A stretch of DNA of 64,000 nt from an uncultured Gemmataceae bacterium (GCA_963750165.1 CAVVPN010000004.1:992001-1056000); one strand, 5' to 3'. Positions 52,468-64,000 are shown, numbered from the stretch's first letter. The notes: generated by a model from the letters alone, not told the origin. Numbers and translations are program-made.

Positions 52468-53474
52468 ATGACCGAACCGCAACCCTGGCAACAACTGTTC
52501 CAGATGCTCACCGGCTCCTGGGTCGCGCGGCGCTCTACGCCGTCGCGAAACTCCGCGTGGCCGACCACCTGCGGAACGGCCCGCTCCCGGTCAAGGACCT
52601 CGCCGACGCGGTCGGCGTGCTGCCCCGGCCGCTGTACCGAACGCTCCGCGCTCTGGCCAGCGTCGGCGTCTTCGCCCGGGAGTCCGACGGGCGCTTCCGC
52701 CTCAACCCGCTGGCCGATCTCCTCCGCGCGGACGGCCCGGACTCGATGTGGGCGATGGCGGTCATGTTTGGCGAGGAGCAGGACCGCTGCTGGGGCGACC
52801 TGCTCGAGACCCTCCGCACCGGCGCGCCGGCCTTCGAGCGCCTGTACGGCCGGCCGGTCTTCGCCTACCTGGGTGAGCACCCCGAGCAGGCTCGGGTCTT
52901 CGACACCGCCATGGCCGGGTTCAGCCGCCGGGGGTTGCAGGCCCTGCTCGACGCCTATGACCTGTCGGACGTCGGCACCCTGGCGGATGTCGGCGGCGGC
53001 ACCGGCACGAACCTGGCCGGCATCCTGGGCCACTACCGGGCGATGCGGGGCCTGCTCTTCGACCAGCCCCAGGTCGTCGCGCGGGCCCGCCTGCACCTGA
53101 AGGCCGCCGGCGTCGCGGATCGCTGCGCCGTCATCGCCGGCAACTTCTTCGAGACGATCCCCGGCGGCGCCGAGGCCTACCTGATGCGCCACATCCTCCA
53201 CGACTGGGACGACGCGCAGGCCGGCCGCATCCTCGACAACCTGCGCCGCGTGATGACCGCCCGGGGGCGGCTGCTGGTCGTCGAGGTTGTCCTGCCGGAC
53301 GGCGACGGGCAGCCGTTCGGCAAGTGGCTCGACCTGCACATGCAGGTCGTCCTGGGGAGCCAGGAGCGGACCGAGACGGAGTACCGGCAGCTCTTCGCCG
53401 CCCACGGCTTCCGCCTCAACCGCGTCGTCCCGACCGCCGACGACTACTCCGTGATCGAGGCCGTGCCGGTCTGA
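52468..53474 (+). CDS. O-methyltransferase (Methyltransf_2 with dimerisation domain), frameshift near 52525
   Basis: MTEPQPWQQLFQMLTGSWV, then ALYAVAKLRVAD; DVGGGTG; GNFF; HILHDWDD; ERT..EY. Confidence 0.85.
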
Positions 53475-53521
53475 TCGAACAACCCGAACGTGAGTCCTTC
53501 GCCCGGAGAGGAGTCAATGCG

Positions 53522-54292
53522 ATGGCAACCGATGGAACCCTGTCAAGCGCCTGGGACCAGCACCTGGCGGCCGAGTTCGCCGCCAAAAGTCCGGAGCAAG
53601 CGCTGGCGACGATGACCGCCGAGCCCTACGTCAACCTCGTCCCCTTGATGTTCGGGGCCTGTGGGCGCGAAGAACTGTACGACTTCTACGCGAACCACTT
53701 CCTGAACCAGATCCCGCCGGACCTGGAGACGGTTCCCGTCTCGCGGACCGTCGGACAGGGCCGGGTCGTCGATGAGATGATCCTGCGCTTCACGCACTCG
53801 ATCCGCCTGGACTGGGTGCTGCCCGGCATCGCGCCGACCGGCAGGCGCGTGGAAATCCCGCTGATCGCCGTCGTGCAACTCGAGGGCGACAAGGTCGCGC
53901 ACGAGCACATCTACTGGGACCAGGCGTCGGTGCTCGTTCAGGTCGGCCTGCTCGATCGGGCGCTCCCCGTGCGCGGCGGCGAGATCGCGGCGCAGGTGCT
54001 CAACCCCACGCAGCCGATGAACGAGCTGATCCGTGCGCTGAACAAACCCAGGCAGCCTGACCCATTCGAGTGGGCCGACCGTTCCGCGAGCAGGGTGATG
54101 TCGGGACGACACGACCCTGCTCGATTTTTGAACCACGTGTTCATTTTTCGAGCCACCCGCCGGTCCACCGCCCCGTCCGGCAACCCGTCCGACACCGCTT
54201 GCGGCTGGCGATACGAGGGGGTTTCTACGGCCTGGCCGGATGGCGTTAAGCCTTCGGCACCCCCCAATTCACCGGCACACCCCTTGCCTTGA
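53522..54292 (+). CDS. SnoaL-like/ester cyclase family protein (C-terminal tail may be spurious)
   Basis: WDQHLAAEF, VVDEM..FTH, PTGRRVEIP, HEHIYWDQASVLVQVG. Confidence 0.82.
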   Translation: MATDGTLSSAWDQHLAAEFAAKSPEQALATMTAEPYVNLVPLMFGACGREELYDFYANHFLNQIPPDLETVPVSRTVGQGRVVDEMILRFTHSIRLDWVLPGIAPTGRRVEIPLIAVVQLEGDKVAHEHIYWDQASVLVQVGLLDRALPVRGGEIAAQVLNPTQPMNELIRALNKPRQPDPFEWADRSASRVMSGRHDPARFLNHVFIFRATRRSTAPSGNPSDTACGWRYEGVSTAWPDGVKPSAPPNSPAHPLP

Positions 54293-54389
54293 TAGATACC
54301 AGGAATCCCCTGGCAGCGCCGCGCGTTCCGGCGTTTCCGGGGGAGTTCTGTTGCGGCACCGGGCTGCGCTGTTCAGGGAGAGCCGAGTC

Positions 54390-55307
54390 ATGCAACAGCA
54401 AGAGCCGGAACGCGGCGCCCCGATCGGGCCCCTTGATTGGTGGAAGAAACTCTCGTTTGAGCCGGCCGCGGTGAGCGACCCACTGGGGTGGGTTGGCTTG
54501 CAGGCGGTGCGCTACCGTGCGGCGCCCGCCTCGGAACTCAACCCGCCCGCCATGACCCACCACCGGCTCATCCTCTTTGCCCGGCCGCCGGAGGAGTTAG
54601 ACCTGTTGTATGAGGGGGTGAAGCGGCACGTGCCGCCCCCGGCCGGGTCGGTCGCGGTGGTGCCGGCCGGCAGCCCCGCCCGGTACCGCTGGGGCGGGTG
54701 CATGGACACGCTCAACATTTACCTGGAGCCGGGGCTGGTGGCGCGGGTGGCCGCGGAGGCGTTCGACCTCGACCCGGCGCGGCTGACGGTGCCGCCGCTG
54801 GACGGCCTGGACCTGCCGCCCCTGCGGGCCGCAATGGCGGCCGTGGATGTCGAGCTGACCGCCGCCGGCGCCGGGGGGCCGCTCGCCGCCGAGTCGCTGG
54901 CCAACGTCCTGGCCGTCCAGGTCATCCGGCACGCTCTGGCACCCCGCCGGCCGGAGCGCGGCCGCGACGGCGCCCTGCCGCGCGGCCGGCTTCGCGCCGT
55001 GGTCGAGTTCATCGAGGAACACCTGGGCGCCAGCCCGACGCTGGAGCAGATCGCGGCGGTGGCCGGCCTCAGCCCCTACCACTTCGCGCGGCAGTTCAAG
55101 GCGGCCACCGGGCTGCCGCCGCATCAGTTCGTCATCGCCCGCCGCGTCGAACGGGCCAGGCACCTGCTGCAAGGCGGGTCGGACCTGCCCCTGGCGGACG
55201 TCGCTGCACTCGCCGGCTTCTCGGACCAGAGCCATTTCACCCAGCACTTCAAGCGCACCGTCGGCGTTACGCCGCGCCGGTTTCGGATGTCCGCAAGAAT
55301 CGCCTAA
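54390..55307 (+). CDS. AraC-family transcriptional regulator (copy 2)
   Basis: Closely similar to 49972..50892; GFSDQSHFTQHFKR. Confidence 0.92.
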   Translation: MQQQEPERGAPIGPLDWWKKLSFEPAAVSDPLGWVGLQAVRYRAAPASELNPPAMTHHRLILFARPPEELDLLYEGVKRHVPPPAGSVAVVPAGSPARYRWGGCMDTLNIYLEPGLVARVAAEAFDLDPARLTVPPLDGLDLPPLRAAMAAVDVELTAAGAGGPLAAESLANVLAVQVIRHALAPRRPERGRDGALPRGRLRAVVEFIEEHLGASPTLEQIAAVAGLSPYHFARQFKAATGLPPHQFVIARRVERARHLLQGGSDLPLADVAALAGFSDQSHFTQHFKRTVGVTPRRFRMSARIA

Positions 55308-55424
55308 TCGCCGCAATTCGATTCAAGAAACTCCCGGGCGAGCCCCTTACCATTCCTTCCGGGCGGCGTGGAGTTTCGCGCCGACGGCAGGTCGATACTT
55401 TCCCCCCTGAAGAGGAGTCCCGTC

Positions 55425-56130
55425 ATGGGTGGTCGGAACAGTCTCAAGCGTTTCCTGGGCCTGGCAGCCGCAACGGTTCTGCTCGTAGGCTCGGGCATTG
55501 GTGTGGCGATCTTCCTGTCCGCGACTCGGTCACCGTTCCGATCGCCTGCGGCTCCCGGGGTTCGCAGCGGCGACGAGCGCGCGGCCGGGTCGATGGCGGT
55601 CGAGCTGGCCACGGCGATCCGCGGGGGGGATGTGCGCACCGTCCGCCGATTGCTCGACGACGGCGCGGACGTGAACGCCCGCGATGCGGCGGGCAACACG
55701 CCGCTTATCCTGGCCGCGTTCTACGCCGGCCCGGAATGCGTCGAGCTGCTGCTTGAGCGCGGCGCCGACGTGAACGCGGCGAACAAGGCCGGCGTCACGC
55801 CGCTGATCCGTGCCGCGACGGACCCGGAAAAAACACGCTTGCTGGTGGACGCCGGCGCGAACGTCCGGGTGCGGCTGCTGCTGGCACACGGCGCCGACCC
55901 GAACGCGGCGGGCGGTGAATCGGTCGGCGCGTTCGGACTGGTGCCGCAGACCCCGCGACGGATCGCAGAAAAACGGGGCCGGACTGCCGTGATCGATGCC
56001 CTCGAGGCCGCCGGTGCCGACGACCCGCCCCGGGCCGTGCGCGGCGCTTCCCCGCGCTGACGGCCGACGAGGCCGCGCTGCTCCGCACGTGGATCGACCA
56101 GGGCGCTGACTGGCCGGCGGGTGTGGTGCT
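55425..56130 (+). pseudogene. Ankyrin-repeat protein with internal deletions, followed by a cytochrome-c-like remnant
   Basis: GADVNARD..GNTPL and GVTPL repeats; abrupt junction GANVRV|RLLLAHGADPN; out-of-frame LTADEAALLRTWIDQGADWP. Confidence 0.6.
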
Positions 56131-56219
56131 CACGTCGCCACCGACCGAGAGTCAACGGTGACCCGCCCAGGAGTGTGTTTCGTTTACGTAACGTTCGCCC
56201 TATCGCAGGAGGTTTCACC

Positions 56220-57297
56220 ATGCCGGCATTGACGGGGATGAAAGGCTCAGGGTATTACGACCAACACTCGACACTGCAGCTGTCCGCGATCCGGGCCTTC
56301 CAGGACTGGGCGGAGGACGCTGTCGCCGACCTGCCGCTGCCGGACGCCACGCGGCCGGTCACCGTCCTGGACCTGGGCTCCTCGGAAGGGCACAACGCCA
56401 TCCAGCTCATGGGGGCCATCGTCGCGGGACTCCGGCGGCGCACCGATCAGCCCCTGCAGACGATCTACAGCGACCTGGCCAGTAACAATTTCAACCGATT
56501 GTTCTCCAGCCTGGAGCAGGCCCGGCGCGCCGGCCTGCTTGCGGAGGGCGTTCACCCCGGCGCGGTGGGAGGCTCGTTTTACGGCCCACTGCTGCCGCCG
56601 CGCACTGTCCACCTCGCCACCTGCTTCAACGCCCTTCACTGGCTCGACCGACTGCCGGCGGTCCTCGCGCCGGTCGGGGTCGTCTACCGCCGGCCGCACC
56701 CGCCCCGACCGGGACTCGCCGTGTCGCCGCAGGCCACGGCGGCCTTCCAGGCCCAGGCCGAACAGGACCTGGAGCAGTTCCTGGAGTGCCGCGCCCGCGA
56801 GTTGGTCTCGGGGGGCAAACTGCTGCTGGCCGGCCCGGGCGACACCGACCAGGTGCGCATCAGCGACGGGCTTTGTGAAGTCCTCACCGACGCCTGTCTC
56901 GACCTGGTCGCTTCCGGCCGGCTCCAACGCGAGCAATATGAACGCCTCACGATCCCCGCGTATTTCCGCACCACCGCGGAGCTGCTGACACCGTTGCGGC
57001 GCGGGCTCTCCCGTGCGCGGCGCGTACTCCGTCGAGCGCGCCGAGGCGCTGGAGGTGCCGCCGCCGTTTCTCGTCGAGTACCGGCGCGGCGGTGACGTGG
57101 CGGCTTACGCCACGGCCTACACCGGCTTCTTGCGCACCGTCACCGAGCCGGTGGTTCAGGCGGCCTTCAACCAACCGGAAGGGGATGTCTGGACCGTGGA
57201 ATCGCTGTACGAGCGCATCCGCGCCCGGCTGCTGTCCGAGCCGGAGCGCTACACGTTCCGCTACATCCTGGTGGCGACCCTGTTGACCCGACGCTGA
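56220..57297 (+). CDS. SAM-dependent carboxyl methyltransferase (SABATH/Methyltransf_7-like), frameshift near 57000
   Basis: MKGSGYYDQHSTLQ, DLGSSEGHN, SDLASNNFNRLF, GSFYGPLLP, ALHWL, DL..FL..RARELVSGG. Confidence 0.8.
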
Positions 57298-57683
57298 ACG
57301 AGGCGGCGCCGCCTCGCGCTCGGGGAACTGGGTCGCCGACCGAGAGACGGTGTCACGCCAGCAAAGAGCTAGCGGACAAAACTCGTTCGGAGGGCGAGCG
57401 GCGCGGCGCCCTCGCCCCCTCCTAAGAAAAAGGCGCCGGTGCAGCGGGTTACCGGCGGGCTGACGCCGCGCCGCTCGCCTTTGGTCCGTCAGCTTTAAGG
57501 GTCTTGAAGACCGGGAGGGGAAGCATGTCGGATACAGGGACCAACAGGCCTGGGAGGGATTGGGGCAGCCCGCAGGTCCGGAGTCCGCGGAACGGGCCAC
57601 CCAGCACGCAGGGTCGAGGCCCGGAGGCGACGGGGAGCTGGCATTCCCGGGGTGCGGGCCGTTTCCTGTCCGAGACTGGTCCG

Positions 57684-58929
57684 ATGGACCCCGTCGGGAC
57701 GGCCCCGGTCGCCGACCCGCGTGGCTTCTCCCCCAGGGCGGTGATCGCCACGGACACTCGGCCCGAACCGACCTGCGCGGCCCTGCCGGCCGTTCGGGCC
57801 CGACTGCGCCCCTGGCGGTGGTCTTCGTCCTGATCCTGGCGCTGGCGACTTCCTGGCGCTGCGCCGTCCTCGGGGACCATGACGTGGTGCTCCACTACCT
57901 CGATGCGACCGTCCTGGTGGCGCTGGGGGCGCCCTCGCCCTGCTGATCCTCGCGGCCGGCTCCGCGCTCGGGGCCGGGGCGATCGCCCGGCTGCACCGCC
58001 GGGTGGCCGAGGCCAGGCAACTCGGCCAGTATCGTCTCGGTCAGCGGATCGGCGCCGGGGCCATGGGCGAGGTCTTCCTGGCCGAGCATCAGCTCCTGAA
58101 GCGCCCGTGCGCCGTCAAGCTCATCCGGCCGGACAGCGTGGGGGATCCGCGGGCACTGGCGCGGTTCGAGCGCGAGGTCCGTCTGACGGCGACGCTCTCG
58201 CACCCGAACACCGTCGAGATCTACGACTACGGCAGGACCGCGGACGGGACGTACTACTACGTCATGGAATACCTGCCGGGCCTGAGCCTGGACGAGTTGG
58301 TCGCACGGCACGGGCCGCTGCCCCCGGGGCGAGTGGTGTACCTGCTGCGGCAGGTCTGCCGGGCCTTGCGTGAAGCGCACGCGGTAGGCCTGATCCACCG
58401 CGACATCAAGCCGTCGAACATCATCGCCGCGCGCCGGGGTGGGATGGACGACGTGGCCAAGTTGCTCGACTTCGGGCTGGCCCGGCCCACGGCGACCGGC
58501 CCTGCGGCGGGCCTGAGCGCGGAAGGGCAGATCCTCGGCACGCCGCTGTTCATGTCGCCCGAGCAGGTGACCGGTGATCGGGAACTGGACGGGCGTAGCG
58601 ACCTCTATTCCCTGGGGGCCGTCGCCTACCATCTGCTCACGGGACAGCCGCCGTTCAGTGGAGCCGGCGGGCTGGCGGTGCTCGTGGCGCACGCCCGCGA
58701 TCCCGTGGCCCCCCCGTCCCGGGTCCGCCTCGGCATCCCTGACGACCTGGAGCGTGTGGTGTTGCGGTGCCTGGCCAAGGACGTCGCCGATCGGTTCGCG
58801 GACGTTGAGAACCTGGAGCGCGCCCTGGGCGAGTGTGCCTGCCAGAGGGACTGGGATCAGGATCGTGCCGACCGGTGGTGGCGAGACGCTGTCCGGCTTT
58901 CGCCGCACACGGCGACCGCTGCGTCGTAA
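57684..58929 (+). pseudogene. Ser/Thr protein kinase: kinase domain intact (58003..58929), N-terminal TM region disrupted
   Basis: GAGAMGEV, AVK, HRDIKPSN, DFG, GTPLFMSPE, SDLYSLG; upstream TM fragments are in broken frames. Confidence 0.75.
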
Positions 58930-59029
58930 TCGTCAACCGGTGAAGTAGCGCGCAGCGGTCCGACATCCATGCGGGCCCCACTGTCAAGACCAAAGGGCAA
59001 GACGGGCACGGGACTTCCCAGACTTCCAT

Positions 59030-59460
59030 GCGGGTCGCCGCGCTGGACCCGCTCGAAGTAGGCCCGGAGAGTCGGCGAGCGGCGCAGCGCCTGCCAGTCC
59101 GCCTCGGCGACCAGTTGGCGCACGACCGGCGACCCCTCGCGGGTGATGTGTCCCAGCCGGTTCTTGTCCCCCGACTGGTCCTGGCACGGGACCAGCCCGA
59201 AATACCGCCCCACCGCCCTGGCGTTGCGAAAGCGCTGCGGGTCATCAATGAACGCGGCCGCCGCCTCGGCGGTGCGGGCGCCAATCCGGGGATGGTCCGC
59301 AGTTGGGCGACGGCGGACGTCTGCTGCGCCTGCTGGTTCAGCGCGTGTTCGATCCGCCGGATCTGGCGGAGGAGCGTCTCGATCCCCTCCAGGAGCAGGT
59401 CCCGCCGCAACTGCTGCGAGACCGTGGGCAACTCCAGCTGCCGGAGCCAGGCCAGACCGT
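59030..59460 (-). mobile_element. IS110-family transposase remnant
   Basis: LRTIPG, YFGLVPCQDQSG..GHITREGSPVVRQLVAEA; frameshifted and truncated at both ends. Confidence 0.75.
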
Positions 59461-59689
59461 GTCAGAGCCCCATAGCAACTCTACCACCGTTTCCCACATC
59501 CGCTGGCGACCGAGGCTACCTTCATAGTTTCAAGCCGACTACAATTTGGCTCTTCACGTTGCGTGCGTCGGTCGGATCGACCGCGGTGGGGCGGACCGAC
59601 GCGCGCTGGATGACCGCATCGTAAGTCCGCCAGTCGACTGGCCTCCTGCGGCGTCCACAACGCCAGCAAGGCCGCCGTCCGTTGCTTCG

Positions 59690-59850
59690 CGGACCTGGAC
59701 GGTGGACCTGAAGGGGCGCAACATCCGCGTCAACGTGCTCAGTCCCGGCACCATCGACACAGCCATCCCAGAAGGCATTGCCGCGCCGCGCGACTCCAGC
59801 TTCCTCACCGGCATCGAGCTGTTCGTCGATGGGGGCGTCGCACAAATATC
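59690..59850 (+). pseudogene. SDR oxidoreductase C-terminal fragment
   Basis: RTWTVDLKGRNIRVNVLSPGTIDT...DSSFLTGIELFVDGG with an internal deletion. Confidence 0.7.
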
Positions 59851-60058
59851 ATCGCGCGGCCGCCTGGATCGTGCTTCACTTGTTTCCCCGAGCCCCCCGC
59901 GTAAACTCAGGGTGTAGCCTCTGAACGGCGAATCGCCGGACGGCCCACTGATGCCGTGGCCCATTCGATGATTGCCGAAGCGGCGGAATGCCTCAGTGCG
60001 GTCCTCTCCCGGCCTCCTCGCGGCCCCGTCCCGACCTATCCAGAAAGTGACGGAGTCC

Positions 60059-61435
60059 ATGGCCGAAGCATACGACGTCGTCGTGCTGGGGAGCGGCGAG
60101 GCGGGCAAATACCTGGCCTGGACCCTCGCCTCCCAGGGGAAGAAGGTGGCGGTCATCGAGCGCAGGTACGTCGGCGGCTCCTGCCCGAACATCGCCTGCC
60201 TGCCGAGCAAGAACGTCATCCACTCCGCCAAGGTCGCCTCCTACTTCCGCCGCAGCGAAGAGTTCGGCCTCGCCAAGAACGGCTGGCGGATCGACATGGC
60301 CGGCGTGCGGGACCGCAAGCGCCGGATGGTGGAGGGAATGGTCGAGACGCACCTCCGCAAGTACCGGTCGAGCGGGGCGGAACTCGTCATGGGCGATGGC
60401 TCCTTCGTCGGCCCGAAGACGGTCGCGGTCACCCTCCATGCGGGAGGGACGCGGGTCTTGCGCGGGGGCAACGTCGTCATTTGCACCGGGTCGTGCGCCC
60501 GGATCGACGACATCCCGGGCCTGCGGGCCGCCCGCCCGCTGACGCACGTCGAGACGCTGGAACTGGACCGCATCCCCGGGCACCTGATCGTCCTGGGCGG
60601 GGGCTACGTCGGGCTCGAACTGGCGCAGGCCATGCGTCGGTTCGGCAGCCACGTGACCGTGGTGGAGCGAAACGGCTCGCTGATCCACCGCGAGGATCCC
60701 GACGTGACCGCGGCGGTCGAAGAACTCTTCCGGGACGAGGGGATCGCCGTTCTCACAGGCACGATGCTCACCCGCGTCGAAGGGGCCTCCGGGGAGTCCG
60801 TGAGGCTGCACGCGACGCGGGGCGGGTCCGAAACGGTGATCGAGGGGACGCACCTGCTCGCGGCGGCGGGGCGCACCCCGAACACCGACGGCATCGGGCT
60901 GGAGAAGGCCGGGGTCGAGGTCGATGAGCGCGGGCACGTGAAGGTGGACGAGGCGCTCCGGACAACGGCCGAGGGCGTGTGGGCGGTCGGCGACTGCGCG
61001 GGCAGCCCGTACTTCACGCACGTCGCCTTCGACGACTTCCGCGTGGTCCGCGACAACCTCGCCGGCGGCCACCGCGTGACGACGGGTCGGCAGGTGCCAT
61101 CCTGCCTGTTCACCGACCCCGAACTGGCGCGGGTCGGCCTGACCGAGCGGGAGGCCAAGGAGCGCGGGACCGAGTACCGATTGGCGAAGATCCCGATGGA
61201 GTCCGTGCTGCGGGCCGGGACGCTCTCCGAGACGCGGGGGTTCATGAAGGCGCTGATCGGCCCTGACGACCGCGTTCTGGGCTTCACCGCCTTCGGGGTC
61301 GAGGCAGGGGAAGTCATGGCCGTGGTCCAGGTCGCGATGGGGGCGGGGCTGCCCTACACGGTGCTGCGCGACTCGGTGCTGACGCACCCCACCATCGCGG
61401 AAGGGCTCGTCGTGCTGTTCTCCGCCGTGAAGTAA
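60059..61435 (+). CDS. Pyridine nucleotide-disulfide oxidoreductase (MerA/RclA-like, class I)
   Basis: [19 protein letters not shown] (CxxxxC), [17 protein letters not shown]. No C-terminal Cys pair, so not a true MerA. Confidence 0.88.
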   Translation: MAEAYDVVVLGSGEAGKYLAWTLASQGKKVAVIERRYVGGSCPNIACLPSKNVIHSAKVASYFRRSEEFGLAKNGWRIDMAGVRDRKRRMVEGMVETHLRKYRSSGAELVMGDGSFVGPKTVAVTLHAGGTRVLRGGNVVICTGSCARIDDIPGLRAARPLTHVETLELDRIPGHLIVLGGGYVGLELAQAMRRFGSHVTVVERNGSLIHREDPDVTAAVEELFRDEGIAVLTGTMLTRVEGASGESVRLHATRGGSETVIEGTHLLAAAGRTPNTDGIGLEKAGVEVDERGHVKVDEALRTTAEGVWAVGDCAGSPYFTHVAFDDFRVVRDNLAGGHRVTTGRQVPSCLFTDPELARVGLTEREAKERGTEYRLAKIPMESVLRAGTLSETRGFMKALIGPDDRVLGFTAFGVEAGEVMAVVQVAMGAGLPYTVLRDSVLTHPTIAEGLVVLFSAVK

Positions 61436-61493
61436 CGCCCGCGCCGTGAACCCTTGTCGAGATCGAAAGCACTATCCCGAACCGGAGCATCCC

Positions 61494-62366
61494 ATGAGTA
61501 CACAGGTTACGCACAGGACGGTGAAGGTCGGCGAACTGGACATCTTCTACCGCGAAGCAGGCCTGAAGGGCGGCCCGGCGATCCTGCTGCTGCACGGCTT
61601 CCCGACCAGCTCGCAGATGTTCCGTAACCTGATCCCGGCCCTGGCCGACGAGTACCGCGTTGTCGCCCCGGACTACCCCGGCTACGGCCACAGCTCGATG
61701 CCGCCTCACGACAAGTTCAGTTACACGTTCGACAACCTCGCCAAGGTGATCGACGCGTTCACCGAGAAGGTCGGGCTGACGAAATACGCCCTCTACGTGC
61801 AGGACTACGGAGCGCCGGTCGGCTACCGCCTGGCGTCCGCGCACCCGGAGCGGGTCACTGCCATTGTGGTGCAGAACGGCAACGCCTACGACGAGGGGTT
61901 GGACAACCCCTTCTGGGAGCCGATCAAGGCGTACTGGCGGGAACCCAAGAGCCGGCAGAGGCGCGACGCGATCCGCAACCTGCTCACCTACGAGGCCACG
62001 CGCTGGCAGTACACCGACGGGGTGCCGAACCCCGAACTGGTCAGCCCCGACGGCGCGGCCCACGACCAGTTCCTGCTCGACCGGCCGGGCAACGACGAGA
62101 TCCAGCTCGACCTGTTCCTCAGCTACGGCAGCAACCCCCCGCTCTACCCGAGTTGGCAGGATTACTTCCGCAAGCACCAGCCGCCGATGCTCATCGCCTG
62201 GGGCAAGAATGACAAAATCTTCCCGGCCGCCGGAGCCGAGCCGTACAAGCGCGACCTGCTGACGCTGGAGTACCACTTACTGGACGCCGGCCACTTCGCC
62301 CTGGAGACCGAGGGCGACACCATCGCCGGGCTGATGCGCGCGTTCCTCGGCAAGCACGTGAAGTAG
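61494..62366 (+). CDS. Alpha/beta hydrolase (epoxide hydrolase/dehalogenase-like)
   Basis: [21 protein letters not shown] nucleophile, GHFALE. Confidence 0.9.
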   Translation: MSTQVTHRTVKVGELDIFYREAGLKGGPAILLLHGFPTSSQMFRNLIPALADEYRVVAPDYPGYGHSSMPPHDKFSYTFDNLAKVIDAFTEKVGLTKYALYVQDYGAPVGYRLASAHPERVTAIVVQNGNAYDEGLDNPFWEPIKAYWREPKSRQRRDAIRNLLTYEATRWQYTDGVPNPELVSPDGAAHDQFLLDRPGNDEIQLDLFLSYGSNPPLYPSWQDYFRKHQPPMLIAWGKNDKIFPAAGAEPYKRDLLTLEYHLLDAGHFALETEGDTIAGLMRAFLGKHVK

Positions 62367-62382
62367 TAACCGGAGCGCAGCC

Positions 62383-63009
62383 ATGCGAACGTTCCCGAGC
62401 GACGTCGCCTTCACCCCGGCGGTCAAGGCGGTCCAGGAAGTCAAGGGCTCACGGCAGAGCTATGCCCGGATGGAGACGGGGCGCGGCTGGCGGACGACCG
62501 TCACCCCCGACCTGGCCGACTTCCTGGCCGACCTGGACATGTTCTACCTGGGCACCGCCAACGCCGAGGGGCAGCCCTACATCCAGTACCGCGGCGGCCC
62601 GCCTGGCTTCTTGCAGGCCATCGACGAGCGGACGCTGGGCTTCGCCGACTTCGGCGGCAACCAGCAGTACGTCACGCTGGGCAACCTGAGCGAGAACCCG
62701 AAGGCGTTCCTCTTCCTGATGGATTACGCGAACAGCAGGCGGATCAAGGTCTGGGGCACCGCGCGCGTGGTCGAGGGGGACGCGGCCCTGCTGGAGAAAC
62801 TCCGCGACCGAGAATACCCCGGCGAGGCCGAACGGGCGATCCTGTTCGCGATCGAGGCCTGGGACGTGAACTGCCCCCAGCACATCCACCGGCGGTTCTC
62901 GGAGCGGCAGGTCGCCCCCGTGATCGAGGAGTTACAGGCCCGGATCGCCGAACTGGAGGCTGAGGTCGCGCGGTTGCAGCCCAGGAGCGAAAAGCCACAA
63001 GGAGCATGA
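62383..63009 (+). CDS. Pyridoxamine 5'-phosphate oxidase-like FMN-binding protein
   Basis: [27 protein letters not shown]. Confidence 0.85.
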   Translation: MRTFPSDVAFTPAVKAVQEVKGSRQSYARMETGRGWRTTVTPDLADFLADLDMFYLGTANAEGQPYIQYRGGPPGFLQAIDERTLGFADFGGNQQYVTLGNLSENPKAFLFLMDYANSRRIKVWGTARVVEGDAALLEKLRDREYPGEAERAILFAIEAWDVNCPQHIHRRFSERQVAPVIEELQARIAELEAEVARLQPRSEKPQGA

Positions 63010-63659
63010 CGATGAACTTCAGCAAGTCCGACACGGTGCTGGTGGTGATCGACCCGCAGAACGATGTCCTGAGCGAGAAGGGCGTCTCGTGGGGGCTGGT
63101 CGGTGCCAGCGTCCGGGAGAACGGCACCGTCGAGAACCTCGCGCGGCTCTTCAAGGCCGCGAAGGACCAGGATTACGGGGTGTTCATCTCGCCCCACTAC
63201 CTCTATCCCCACGACCAGGCGTGGCGGTTCGGCGGGGCCGTCGAGAAGTCGATGCTGGAGGGCAAGGAGTTCTTTCGCCCCGACCCGCTCGGTGTCGAGG
63301 GCTTCGCAGGCTCCGGGGCCGACTGGCTCGACCGCTACAAGCCCTTCATCGAGGACGGCAAAACGGTGGTGGTCGGCCCGCACAAGGTATGGGGCCCGCA
63401 GACCAACGACCTGGTCCTGCAACTGCGGAAGCGCCGTATCGACAAGGTGATCCTGGCCGGGATGCTGGCGAACCTCTGCGTGGAGAGTCACCTGCGCGAA
63501 CTGCTGGAGCAGGGTTTCGAGATCGCCGTGGTGAAGGACGCGACGGCCGGGCCCCGTCACCCCGAGATCGGCGACGGCTACAAGGCGGCCCTCATCAACT
63601 ACGGCTTCCTGGCCAACGCGGTCCTGACGACCGACGAGGCCGTGAAGGCCATGCGGTAA
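63006..63659 (+). CDS. Cysteine hydrolase/isochorismatase family protein
   Basis: [15 protein letters not shown] (D-K-C triad), DATA. Confidence 0.85.
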   Translation: MTMNFSKSDTVLVVIDPQNDVLSEKGVSWGLVGASVRENGTVENLARLFKAAKDQDYGVFISPHYLYPHDQAWRFGGAVEKSMLEGKEFFRPDPLGVEGFAGSGADWLDRYKPFIEDGKTVVVGPHKVWGPQTNDLVLQLRKRRIDKVILAGMLANLCVESHLRELLEQGFEIAVVKDATAGPRHPEIGDGYKAALINYGFLANAVLTTDEAVKAMR

Positions 63660-63676
63660 ACAAAGGAGTCGCAACG

Positions 63677-64000
63677 ATGGGTACGATCACGACGAAAGAC
63701 GGCACGCACATCTATTACAAGGACTGGGGCAAGGGTCAGCCCGTCGTCTTCAGCCACGGCTGGCCGCTGAGCGCCGACGCCTGGGAGGACCAGATGGTCT
63801 TCCTGGGCGAACGCGGCTACCGCTGCGTCGCGCACGACCGCCGCGGGCACGGCCGCTCCGACCAGCCCTGGACCGGCAACGAGATGGACACCTACGCCGA
63901 CGACCTCGCGGCGCTGGTCGAGACCCTCGACCTCAAGGACGCGGTCCACGTCGGCCACTCCACCGGCGGCGGCGAGGTCGCCCGCTACGTCGGGCGACAC
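63677..64000 (+). CDS. Non-heme chloroperoxidase/arylesterase (partial, runs off the window)
   Basis: [43 protein letters not shown]. Confidence 0.9.
   Translation, partial: MGTITTKDGTHIYYKDWGKGQPVVFSHGWPLSADAWEDQMVFLGERGYRCVAHDRRGHGRSDQPWTGNEMDTYADDLAALVETLDLKDAVHVGHSTGGGEVARYVGRH

Noticed and set aside
60059..61435. Mercuric reductase / mer operon
   Set aside because: No C-terminal Cys-Cys, no NmerA domain and no merR/T/P neighbours.

Overview
GC-rich bacterial window, most consistent with a Planctomycetota (Gemmataceae-like) genome. This is inferred from the PVC-type heme-binding protein, sulfatase/FGE-like genes, an ECF sigma factor with a long extension, and a 23S-5S unit without a linked 16S. 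It carries housekeeping genes (gltX, glnS, acnA, tyrA, purL), a surface-glycosylation cluster (GT87/GT2/YdjC/GT87), and a tRNA-Ile/tRNA-Ala/23S/5S locus. From about 46.4 kb there is an accessory, partly decayed region with twin AraC cassettes, tailoring enzymes, an IS110 remnant and a redox/hydrolase operon. The most striking feature is a 23S rRNA gene interrupted by three group I introns at E. coli positions 1917, 1951 and 2500. L1917 carries a LAGLIDADG ORF that reads through the ribozyme core, and L2500 ends in A instead of the near-universal omega-G. Other highlights are a candidate leader-peptide attenuator ahead of the tRNA-Ile/tRNA-Ala pair, a REP-like palindrome inserted in-frame in purL, and an ECF sigma/di-heme cytochrome c peroxidase fusion. 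Many single-base frameshifts suggest an indel-prone assembly, so single-nucleotide claims need read-level confirmation. All calls are by eye; no database searches were run.
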